Shown: in pieces, positions 52,401 to 64,000 of the stretch | How the letters are laid out: every line of letters begins with the position of its first letter | How positions within the stretch are numbered: position 1 is the stretch's first letter | Assembly: GCA_013265495.1 (NCBI GenBank) | Contig: MU058384.1 | Span: 6,258,792 to 6,322,791 of the forward strand | Direction of reading: 5' to 3' | From: Vicugna vicugna | Lineage: Eukaryota | Length of the DNA stretch: 64,000 nucleotides | Position numbers and translations under genes: made by a program | Notes under the pieces: generated by a model | The model's input: the letters and a program-made list of their open reading frames with translations, nothing else | The model's database searches: none | Told to the model about the DNA's origin: nothing

Positions 52401-53353
52401 ATAGTACCAAGAGAGCAAAGCTTTCCTCGGTTGTCTTGAATGAAATCGTTAAGATATCATAATTAGTGGGACAATTCACCCACATCTTAGTTCCTTGATG
52501 AAGCAAAACACCAATTCACACTCTTTCTTCATGAGATTCCAATATATAAAAATATATTTCAGTAATTTAAACCAAAGCGTACTAAAGGCTTCCACATCAA
52601 GGCTTTAAATCAAAGCACATGCTCTAGTGCACATCCAAATAAAGGTAAAACCAACCGGAAACTTCAAAGTATCTTTAAGAAGTTAAAATTAAACTTGATC
52701 TTACTATCAGAGTTTTAGGGGAAAAAATTAAGTATCATAAATAGAGGGAAATATTTGTTCTCATAAAAAATAAAAAACACATCATCAAGATGACTACATT
52801 CGAAACCTAGTGAAAAAATCCAAATTCAGCACAAAATTTCAAAACAAAAATTATCCAGAAAAAAGTCTTTCATTTAAATAGCTGGTATTATTTCTTTTTA
52901 ATCTTGCAGCATGCACCTTATTATAAGGGAAAACACCTCAAGGTCAACTACTGAAGTTTTTCTAATGAAAACTAATCTATTAACCAATTACTGCAGAATC
53001 TGCTTTTCTCCCAGCATTCACAAAACGTAACTGCAGGAGCTGAATTTTGTAAAGACAAAACGTATTTAAAAGTTTCAGCCAGAGCAGACTAGGGATTGTC
53101 TCTCTAATGATCTACTTGCTCAATGTTTATGTACAAGCTTCTCCTATCATCCTTGTGCTAAAACTGAGAAAAATCCAAACAACTTATTTTACCTAATATT
53201 TTCCTCTGAGATACAACTGCCTATACTTAAACATACGACTTACCACGTAACACAACAGTAATAATTATAATGCCTCAATCAAAAGCTAAATACAACTTAC
53301 CTCATTCAATGTCCAAAGCCCTGAAACTAATTCCAGTTTTATTTGGAAGGAAG

Positions 53354-53354
<1 letters not shown>

Positions 53355-53388
<34 letters not shown>
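53355..53388. repeat. (TG)17 microsatellite
   Basis: Read directly. Perfect repeat. Confidence 0.97.
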
Positions 53389-53390
<2 letters not shown>

Positions 53391-54800
53391 GTTCGACAGC
53401 CAATAAATTCCAGTCTCCAGCGTGAGTAGAATGAAACCTGGTTCGAGGATTACAGAACAGTCTGCAAGGTTTACAGTCTCTAACCAACATCGAGGTAGCC
53501 TTAGCAACCCCTTGCCCTGGTGTGAAGTTCCGGGCTCCAGAAGCAGTGCTTCTGGTTAACTAGGAGGTTAACTAGGAGGAGACCTGGAGAGTAAACACAT
53601 TTGGCTCTGACCAATGGCTTTCCACGCCCTTCTGTTTATAGTAAGATGACTTGTTGCCAGAGGTCAACCCCATCAACAGTGCCTGTCTTTCACTGGGATC
53701 TGAAACATTTATCCTGACTCCTGGGCTGTCAACCTGCTGTCACAGTGACATATTCATAACCCATTGGTGCAGCTACTTGCAAAGTTTAGATCCCTGTATT
53801 AAATTTTCTCAAAGCAAATTCTACTTCAGTTTCTTTTAAAGTGAAGCATTTCTGCAGAAGAAATATGCCTCATGGCAAGTTAAGGACTGGTACTCATTTA
53901 ATTAAGGATTAAGTAAGGACTGGTACTCATGAAAAGCCCCCATCAACAATTTTTGTTTTTCATTGTTTTTTTTTTTTTTGGATGAGGCAGAAGGCTTGTA
54001 AGATTTCACTTGCATTATTACATCTCTCCACTAAATACAAAGTTTTCTTCTTCCCCTAAGCACTCACTCATGTATGCCGACAAAGTGGGAAGATAATTAT
54101 GGGCATTTTTCTTTAATTCATTTTTAATGTATTTTTATTTGTGGTAGAGGAAGGGATGAACACAATTAGAAATGCTCCCACAGAGGTTATCATCTCTTGT
54201 AAAATATTTTCTAAAATAAAGCCTTTTGTGTTCTCAAAAGAAGAGAAATACTAAGTTCTAATGAAATGAAAAGAAAACAAGAAAAGCTAAATTCAGGCAA
54301 GAGATATGGATAATGCAAACAAGTCTAGTCTTTGGCATTGAGGTTCCCTTTTATCTAATGGTTCATAAAAAAGAATTGTTTTCTTTCAAGAAAACAGTAT
54401 TACGCAACTTTACCCATCTACCCCTTTTAAAAAATATGTCTCAGAGAGCTCAGAAAAAGAGACTAAGCCCATTTCATAAGTTCCTCTGACAGTATTTCAA
54501 TTTAGCATTTACAAGCATTATGGGAATTACTGCCTCCAATTTGTCTACATAATTCTGGGATGATTTCTTTTTCGTTCATTTTTCTTGGTCTTCACAGTGT
54601 GGCTCTCTGACACTGTGAGGCAAAGGGTTCAAAATAAAAGCCTACAGCCAAGGATTCAATACCTCATTCCCAGTAATTTGTAGCACGAGTGTTTCGTGAA
54701 GTCATTTTCATTTTCAAGGGAAGAACTGAGTGAAAAGCCATTACCTATTTCGGGTTTGGGCAGCACTACAGAAGCCCAGTGGCTGTGGCGACGGAAGACG

Positions 54801-54814
54801 GCGCCATCTCCCTG
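54801..54814 (-). promoter_or_regulatory. Candidate CTCF-binding motif in a CpG-rich patch
   Basis: Minus strand CAGGGAGATGGCGC versus consensus CCASYAGRKGGCRS: 3' core matches, 5' part is imperfect. Motif match only. Confidence 0.35.
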
Positions 54815-56721
54815 CAGCATCAGTAGCTTCGGCCACTCGTGCTCCTGCTGGGAAACCGGATAAGCTGGCACCTCCCACCCGCAGCACACTTTCAGCCCAG
54901 GTTCTGATGCCACCACGATCCTTACTCGACAGAGACCTGCCTCGTTCTATTTGAATTAATAAAATGTGCTGATTAATTATTTTGAGACCCCCATTTTTGA
55001 CAGACACAGTTCTTTGTTTTAAACATGGTTAGGATTACTAAAAGCAATGACTTCTTTGCAGCCAAGTCTTCCCAAGTAGTTAGAGCTTTTTGAGTATGGT
55101 GATATACATTAGAGTTTTTAAATTTAGCAGAATATGTTTCTGAACTGGTTACCTTTTTAAGGGATTATAAGTCATTCAATATTTTCTAAACTCCTAAGAG
55201 CTCAAGAAACATATTGAAGCAAAATTTCTGTCTGTTCCTATTACAAAAGAGACCCAACAAATTATACCTAAAACCTTGAGGAGGACAAAATAAGTTCTTC
55301 ATAAATTAAAGAAGGCTGGCCCGATGGTAATTATCTTTCCCAGTCTCGGTGAGGGGTGGGAAGGTGAGGGGAGGGCAACAAGCAACATGTGGTGAAAACT
55401 TTGTAGATACAGGAAATATAAATACGAAAAAAAGCCATTTACAGTAGAGAATAGATAACCACAATTTTTCTAACCAAAAATGTAATCTTATGTCAGCTAA
55501 CATCAGGGCATCAAAGTGTTCCTAAAACCATAAAAGTAAATGATATGCCTTACCTTATACTGTTATAACTAAGGAGGAAAATTACATTGACGATTTTTAA
55601 TAACGTTTTATTAGCAGAGATTGTTGGGATGCCCTTCTCGCCCCAATGTACCATCACCAATTAATTATGTGACCTGGAACAAATAGATAAACCATGCTCT
55701 CTAAGCATCTGTTTCCCTGCTTGTGAACTAAAGGCTTCCACCTCAGAGTGTCAACGGTATAGTTATTTTTTCAATGCAAATCACATTGTTTGAAGACTCC
55801 ATCTACAAAATACATTTCATTTACCAATAACTGTTTTCATTAACCATGCTTATAATCAGGTCAATCAATGCTGCTGATTACTATGACATAGACTCAAGGC
55901 ACAAATGAGTTAATAGAAGAGCCAAAATCAAAGGAACTAGATGTTTTTTAAAAGCCAGTAGAGCCTTATTCTGAGCAAAATCTTGGTTTCCCTTGTGTTT
56001 TAAAAAACTGATGATGGCACTTTGACCCCCAAAAACTCTACAAAGTCTCTTCAATTCCACCTTTCAGTGATGTAAGTGTCATCAGTGAGGGCCTGCCCCA
56101 TATGCTGATAAAAGAGAAGCAATTATGAACAGCTGGCATAGGTATATTACAGCGGTGACATGCAAGGTGTCCCTGCTCCATTGGTCTTTGTTAAATGCAG
56201 GAGTATCCTTCGAAGCAACATGCAAAACAGGATTAAGTTTAGTCAGTCATGACCATGCTAAGGTTTGGTAGATATCACATAAAAATTTTTTCCAATCAAA
56301 AAAATAAATCAGTTACTGCAGTTTCATGATTTGCATCCTTCAAATTCACCTTGACCACCCACCTTTCACAAACTCTCAGCACAGAAGTGGTGCTTCTATA
56401 CTCCCTCCCCTTCATTTCTTCCCCCGCTCAGTGGCATCATCCTTTCTACGCTGTCTAGTAATCTCTCGAGCAGTCTCCTGCTCCGGAGTTACAAAATATC
56501 CCCAGGCTCTTTTACAGAATTTCCTGCCACTTTTCATTATTAGCTAATTCATTATCAGACCACTTTGTGAAAAATCCCAAGGAAAGATATTGGAAATTAA
56601 GAAATAAAATAGAGCCAACATGAGACGGCAAAGGAATATCACAAGTATAATCAAATAATTCTGACAACTGAAAAATCACAGAGAATGGAGACAAAAATAA
56701 TTTTAAATTTCTCTGTGTACA

Positions 56722-56782
56722 TCCCTGTACCTCCATTAAAAGTTAAATAAATAAATAAACCTAACTACTCCCCTCAAAAAAA
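56722..56782 (+). mobile_element. 5'-truncated camelid SINE (no A/B boxes)
   Basis: TCCCTGTACCTCCATT, AATAAA segment, CCTAACTACTCCCCTC and poly(A). 17-bp TSD with 2 mismatches: aaatttctctgtgtaca (56705-56721) / aattttctctatgtaca (56783-56799). Confidence 0.85.
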
Positions 56783-59700
56783 AATTTTCTCTATGTACAG
56801 GAAGCTCCCAAATTGGTGGTTTGAAGAAGACCATGTGGAATCAAAACTGAACAGCCACCACACACTGCCGCAGCCTCCTCAGCCAGGTTCCTGATGTGGT
56901 AGCCATCGATACTAGAACAGAATATGCAAACCTAAGAACCTATTTTTAAATAGACATTTAGCAAAATACGCCTATGCTATTATATGACAAATACCACATA
57001 GAATCACTGCAGTAATTATAATCACCATTTGTTTGATCTTCTCTCTTCTTTTTCTGTTGAAGCCGACAAATTCAAGTATGTTCAGGAGCCAAGTGGGTAA
57101 TGTAAAGGAGTGAAGTGGGTCAGGTGGAGGTGAGGCTATTGGCAAAATGCATGATCTGCCCCAAACCACTTAAATGCTGTATTTCATCTCGTTTCCAGGT
57201 CAGTTGGGAGGCCTGGAGATTCCCAGTGCAGCTCCAATAACTGAGTCTGGTCTTGTCTTGGGGACCAGTCAGCTCAATCCCTGTTTGTTCATACCTCTAA
57301 CCAGTGGCATTTATTTGCATTATGGGATGAACGAATAACAGCCACGGGAAAGATGGGGAAGACACTTAAAGGTGTTCGGAGGCTTTTTGAATGAGAGAGG
57401 AAGGAGCTGGGCCACCTTCTGCTGTGCTGTTTAGTGGAAGCTACAACAATAATACACTAAATTGACCAATGGATCCCACTCACAAGGTCTGCTAGCATCC
57501 TTTCCCCCCTGAAAACCCTGCTCAAGCCACATTCACTAAATTCAGGTACCCCCACCCTCCATGAGATGGGTAAGATGGAGAATTGGGTACTTTTGTTTAA
57601 CTTGGCCAGAAAAGTTTGTCCCTCCCCTCCCCAGAGTTTCCCAGCATATCACATATTTCCGATCACATTATTTGGATGGATGCATAACACTTTTGGTCCT
57701 TTTTCAGAACATCTTCATTCTTAATCATCTTTCTCCTCAAAGAAGCTGCTGTTCGGGAAGAAAGGGAGGGAGAGATCTAGGGACACAGCCAGAACAGCCC
57801 TGTGCTAGTAAACAAGGTACATTTACTTTCAGTTTTGATTGGCAGCTGGCTCAGAGCTCAGTCAGATGAACTTCTAAAGCTTTCAGTCCATGCAAAGCTC
57901 TGTACTGGGCAGCAAGATCACCATCACTGACATTGTCTATTTCAGCTTGGGGAACCCCTAGACTCAGTAGCCATAATGACTCTGGCTGTGGCTATGGTAC
58001 TTGCTCCCTTTGGTTGACCAGAGCTTGACTGCACAGTAGCAATTGTTTCAAGGAGTCCTTTTTAATTGAAGGCATTTATTGCTCTATTATTAATAACGTC
58101 TCTTAACATATTATCCCTGTTTCAACACAAGAATTATGGGAGTTTTCCAAGGCAAAGATGGTAAGTGCAAGAATTTATCTAGATTTTTGTGGGTTAGTTT
58201 CTCATTTCCCAACAGATCATCTTCATCAGCATTCCAGGGCAATAAGATCCCAAATACTAGTCAATTTCTTGTCTATGGTTTTTCAATTCAGGGCCAAAGC
58301 TCCCTCATAGCAGCCCAGCCACGGCAGGAACTCTAAGACTGCTGTCTCCTAGTGGATCTAAGATTGATGTAACAGACTGAAGGAGAGGCTAAGCCAAAAA
58401 ATAGACCAACAAGCCCACACCTTCATCTTCCAAGTTAACCAAAGTTTTAGCCATTTTCTTAGTTTCTACCCAAAATGGTTTCAAATTTCCCTCCTTTCCT
58501 TAAATTATAACTGTTGTTTAGAGAGGGTCAGAACCTTCCACCAGACCAGGATAGGTCACTGTATTACTTGTCACAATGGGGTGGATCTGACACTGACCTC
58601 TAGATTGGCAAGGAAGTCCCCATGCCTGGAACAGGGTTAGCAAAAACCAGGATACCTTTCCGACAGCTGACTCTGAACTTAGTTCTGAGTACTTGGGTTC
58701 CAACGACCTCCCCAATTGGTCCTCATTAACAGATACTAAAATGGAGAATCATTTATTCCCCAACTGACCAGACGAGCGGTCAACAAGCTCACTAATCATG
58801 CCCCATGGACTCCCCTCAAATCTATCAACTGGCCCATGAGGTCTTCCTCATCCCTTCTCTTCCAGAAAGCCATGTCGTTTTCAACATCCTATTCTCACGA
58901 CAAAAATGCCACGAACTGCAAAGGGTCTGAGGTTTTAGCTTATTTACATGCTAACAAGTTAATGTGTCACAATTTCACATACGCTGGCAGAATACAGGAG
59001 ACTTCTGGATCAGAGATAAAAGGCTCATAGAAATAGCAGAAGTCAGAATATCAGCATTTTCTTGCCACAGTTGCTGAGTTCCAGTCCCCACAGAGGGGCA
59101 TGGCATCTGCACAGGCAATGAGTTACACTACAGAAGAACTACTCTGAGCTTAGGGATCCCAATTTTTTTTTTTTAAATAATGGGCAGTAAGCATGCTGCC
59201 TTTTGCTACAGAGAAGTGTGTTTTATTTTACAGGCAAATATTTTCAAAGTAAAAATCAATTTTACAACTTAGAATAATTAGACATCACCTCTTGGACTAT
59301 TGAGACAAAAAAATATTGGGAGATAACACACCTTCATTTCCAAACACCAGTAATGCCTCCGTTATATTGAAACCTCATGATTTCATCAGGAAAAGACCCA
59401 AACAAACTTGACTCCTGCACAGTCAGAAATAGTATCAAAGTCTACACACCTGTGTTCATGGACTGTATTACCAGGACAGTCTAATGGGCTCTTACTCAGA
59501 GGCTATTTACTATTACTTTACACATGCCTAAGAAAATACGCTAATTTTTATGTCTGCCGCTCCTCAAAAATAGAAAAGGAAATAAATAGCTGACATCATC
59601 GGAGGGGTAATCTAACAGCAGAGAAAACGGAAAACTAGCAGTCAAATACAAGAATCCCAAAGGCCTTTATGTGAGGGCAACTGGACTTCCACCCTGGACT

Positions 59701-60029
59701 ACCCTTTGGGGTTTCAGTTCATTAACTGGTGGCAAAATGATAACCTCGGCCATCAGAAAAGCATGAAACTGTTCAGCCAGGAGATTTTTCACAGCAGAGA
59801 GAGCCCAAGACTAGGTGTCAGAGACCTAGTTGCTCTCATCTAACCTACTGACAAGGTAACCTTGGGCCAGTCATCCTCCTTAACCTTCAGTGTCTGTTTC
59901 TGTCAAATAAAAAACAAAGAAAACCCCACAATGCCTTATACATCTCAATCAGTTGCTATAAGCTATTTTCTATAATGTGCTTTATGAAATGTATAGGGCT
60001 CTACATCTATGTCAGACAATTCTCCAGGC

Positions 60030-60430
60030 ACTGTGTTCCAGCCACCCAGGATTTCTGTCCATTCCTGAAAACAAAACGGACCCTTTTTCTACCAAGGCTA
60101 CTCACCCATGTGTCTAGTACTTGGAGCTTTCCCTCGCATCCTGTAAGACTGGCTATCTCTCATCCTTAAGATGCCAGTTTAAATTTTACTTTTTCAGAGA
60201 CACCCAGTCTAAAGCAGATCTCCTCTGTTCTTTCTTATAGAGCCCTCTTGTTTTCCTTCTTTCCGCTCATCACAAATTTTATGTGTTTTAATGCCTGTCT
60301 CCCTACTAGTTCATACACTCTGAAAAATGGACCTGTGTCTGTTTTCCCATCAATTTACATACAGGGCTTAGCAGAGTGCCTGGCACAGAATAGCATTCAA
60401 CAAATTTTTGTCAATTATTTTGAATGAATC
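60030..60430 (+). mobile_element. L2 LINE 3' fragment
   Basis: 3' end gcagagtgcctggcacagaatagcattcaacaaatttttg...tgaatgaat. Confidence 0.7.
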
Positions 60431-62744
60431 TGTAAATACAAGATAATACCATCCAGGCATTTTAAGAAGCAAATACATACGAAGTAATTTTTAGAAAAAT
60501 GCTTAATCGAAATAGTTCAACAACAAGATTTGATACTTTAAATAGGTAAAATCTAGGATATCTGAAAAACGCAGTAAAAATGGATGATTCCTTTCCACTG
60601 TGGGTTTCATATGGGAAACGTGTGACTCTATATAATTTCCAGTCTTTAAAAAAAAAGGCTTTTTTAGGTTCGTCTACTCATTTTCTTATTTGACCCTGTA
60701 AGATAGTTATTATCTCAATTTTACAGAAGAAAATAATTAAATATTCAGATACTTAGCGACTTCCTCATGATAAGAAAACTAATACTCGATAGTCGGGATT
60801 CAAATTCAGCCCGTTGATACAAGTCCAGCATGCTATGATACCTCTGCTTTAAAGGGAAGGCTCTGATCAGAGGGCTGATAAGAACATTTTGGTTTCTTAC
60901 TATCAAATTGGTTCCAGATCAGTGAGTTTTGCTGTATTGAACTAAGAACTTAAATAAAATTAACAGTAAGTTAACAGAAGCTGTGAAGTTATCAGTGGGG
61001 TTCACTTAAGAGCTTGTTTTTCTTTAAACAATCACTTTAATTCAAACCATAGTGAAAGAAAAGTATTATATAGTAACAGGATTTAGTCATACTTTAGGTA
61101 CACTGGGCTTAATAATACACATGTAAAAACACATAACATATACATAATTATTATTCCTAAATAAAAAATATAAATACATAAATACTATATATAATTACTG
61201 TTCCCAAATGACAATGTGCATCACCAAAACGTGAAATCTGTGTCCCAAGCAAAACTATCAAAAGACCACTATACCGTCCCCCTTAATTACAGAACAATCA
61301 ACGCCGGTGATGAAGCACACTTTTTTGTGTGAATGCATTCTAAAAGAAATTAAGTGTTAATAAGGAAACAACTGCTTCTGGACAATGGGCTCCCGTGTCT
61401 TTGAAAGCGACTGCCAAACAGTTTACACTTTTTTAACGTGACCTGGAAATAGGAATGTTTAGACTTATGTCAGATTCTGAAATGTACAGTGTAGGATGGA
61501 AAGATTATTTTTTTTAGGAATATTTCTAAATGATTTCTTCAGTTCAAAAATTATCTCACAATTAGATTAGGTCCTATCATTTAATTAGATTTTAAAAACA
61601 TACTTTTATAAAATTTATTTTACTACTTTAACTACATTCGGGTATTCCTGCAAAATAGATTTTGTAAGAAAAATACAAAGATCCTCGCTTTCCTCTGCTA
61701 GGAAATAAAACTACTAGAGTATATATGTAAAAAAGGAGACTAGTTCATTGTTTCTCCTCTTCTATAATAGGAAGTAAACTCTTAAAATAGGATTACCCCT
61801 GTTCAGAAAGGCTCAGTTTGACCCAAAGAGGAAAAGTGAGGAATAAAAAAGACGGCTTTAGAGGTAGCAAGCAACGGCCATTAAATATACTGCAATTGTA
61901 ATTGTAAATATACAGGGAAATTCAATTTTAAATTTAATTTAATTTAACTATTCTTAACCAAGGTAATCATGAATCATGGATGAAAAAAGCAATTTGAGCC
62001 CAGATTTGTGGCTTAAATAAACAATTGTGTTCAACGGATAGAATTGTCTGAATCTAATTAGAAGTCTGAGTTTGGAATTAATTTTTCCTAAACTATCCAC
62101 TACACATTAGTTATAAATTTAAGATGCTTGCTGTATAGATATTTACTGCTTTCTTGTTATGTATTTTCGCATCAGTTAATGTGAAGCCATAATATGATAG
62201 AAGCTCTCACAATGAAAAAAATTCACAGGCTTTACCAATACTCTTCACTGCCTCCTTAAAACATACCACATAATGCTTTGCTGCTTTGAATGCTAATGGA
62301 TAGTAATCCAATCTTTAGTAAATTCATTCTCAAAACTCCCTCACATTCACAATCTCCTTTTGTCCTCATAATGCCAAAATAGCTGGCTTCATAATAATAA
62401 CCATCGTTTCTAAATCTATAACTGAGCAGACATCACCGGCACCTCAGCATCAGTCAACGTCTCCTGTATTCTGCTTAACTTTCATAATAACAGCCAAGAA
62501 CAACAAACAATAACCTCAGAAATTCAAAAAAAAAAAGTTTTAGGGAAAGTACCATAGAGAGTTCTGGCCAAGCACTGATTTATTTCCCTAACATCATCAT
62601 AACAACCATCAAAATGTGTATTAATACAACTTGAGTAAAATATGCCAATTTCAATAATTCACATGTTACTCCATTCGAGCGAAAAACTGTGAATAAATAA
62701 CCCTTGACTTTACAGCTGTGTTATATGTGTTATTGTGTCATACG

Positions 62745-63107
62745 TGTTATGAACTAAATGTTTATACCCCCCCCAAAATTCATACGCTGAAGCCCTAATC
62801 TCCAATGTGGGGGCCTTTGTGATGTAATTAGGGCAGGGCCCTTGACGGGTTAGTGCTCTTACAGGAAGAGACACCAGAGACCATGCTGTCTCTCTCTCTC
62901 TCTCCCTCTCTCTCTCTTTCTCTCTCCACCAAGTGTCAGGACACAGGGAGCAACTGACCATCTATAAGCAAGGAAGAGAGCTGTCACCAGCAACCCACCA
63001 CGTTGGTACCTTCATCTTGGACTTAGCCAAGAGCTATGAGAAATACATTTTTATTTTTTTAAGCTACCAGTTTATGATATTTTGTTTTGACAGCCCAAGC
63101 TAAGATA
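62745..63107 (+). mobile_element. MLT1A-type ERVL-MaLR solo LTR with internal (CT)n
   Basis: Starts tgttatgaactaaatgtttataccccccccaaaattcatacgctgaagccctaatc and ends cagcccaagctaagata. Confidence 0.85.
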
Positions 63108-64000
63108 GTATGTAACCATATAATATACCCCTATTGAGAATTATTTTTCTAATAAAAGTATGCCCTTAATTAATTAATTAATTAGGTTTTTACATTTAAG
63201 ATCCGGAATTCTCGAAATACATAAATATAAAAACATTTTTCAGTATAAGAAATTTAATCTGTGAACAAATATAATGACACAAAGCTCTTTAGAGATCTTA
63301 CTAAAGACCCCAATATAGTAATCATTTGAGAAAAAGCCACTAAAAGTAAGTTTAGGACAGGGGTTCATTTCCAGGAAATGGCAAACATTAAAGAATGATT
63401 TTCCACACCATTTATCTGAAACTTTATTAAGATGTCTATGGGCCAAAAAGGTAGATTTGTTATTCTATTGTCTAAAAGCTGTTGCAGTCATCTTAATGAG
63501 GAGCTTCCCATGGTCTGGGGAAAATCTAGGTTCTGAGAGAGGTTCTGTCTCTGTGGTCTCCCATAAACTTCCACGTGGAAAGAAAAAGCATCTCAACCTA
63601 TTTTCAATGGATCTGAGTCGTATCTTTATCCGGAAGCTGAATGTCTTTATAAACAGAAATAAAGTTTTCCACATTTTTTTTTCCTGGCATAACTTTTAAT
63701 AAACTGAAGAACTCTAGGTCCTTCCTTATTTTTTCTTTTTTAAATTGAAGTATCTGTTCTTTTCCTATAAACTATTCTTGTTCCAGAAATGTATCTAAAT
63801 TTTTTATAAGAATCCTTATAAAAAGATTTGACAAAAGAGAAATAGTCTAAGGTTGAAGAAATGAATACATATTTTAGAATCTGAGAGTAACGAATTTGTG
63901 TTTCATTTCTGTTGCTTAAAAATTATGTGAAATTCTTCATCAGGACATTTAAGATAAAAGAGCAGTACCCGAGTCACTGATTAAGGGGACGACCCTGAAG

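Larger units (their letters stand above)
42766..64000 (-). other. EYA4: EYA4 intron upstream of the 50-nt exon (3' part; continues beyond window end)
   Basis: Ends in the AG acceptor at 42766-42767. The preceding exon (coding [11 protein letters not shown]) was not found in the window. Inferred from gene structure. Confidence 0.8.

Noticed and set aside
58500..59230. Possible ERVL-type LTR remnants (also near 41040-41650 and 36480-36950)
   Set aside because: Look LTR-like, but I cannot assign family or boundaries reliably without RepeatMasker.
1..64000. CRISPR arrays, operons or another novel multi-gene system
   Set aside because: The window is mammalian intronic DNA. No regularly spaced repeat array, intact transposase/RT ORF or gene cluster is visible.

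Overview
AT-rich, CpG-depleted mammalian genomic DNA. It is very probably camelid (camel/alpaca/vicuna), because it carries seven insertions (eight monomers) of a tRNA-derived SINE of the vic-1/SINE1_Vpa type. The only protein-coding sequence I can support is one 50-nt internal exon on the minus strand (42716-42765, [16 protein letters not shown](R)). It matches, from memory, the N-terminus of EYA4 (human [33 protein letters not shown]; second coding exon, usually numbered exon 3). The rest is therefore inferred to be the two long flanking EYA4 introns, filled with old repeats (L2, MIR, L1M, MLT1 solo LTRs, MER3/MER33/MER20-type hAT elements) and microsatellites. None of the supplied six-frame ORFs looks like a real gene. 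I see no convincing new multi-gene system. The best leads are a SINE dimer inside a single 16-bp target-site duplication, a recursive-splice-like AG|GTAAAG junction at the EYA4 exon, a CpG-rich micro-island with a CTCF-like motif and exon-like ends, several candidate poison/cryptic exons, and a few non-B DNA or repair-scar structures. Repeat family names come from recalled consensus sequences, not a database search, and old-repeat boundaries are approximate.
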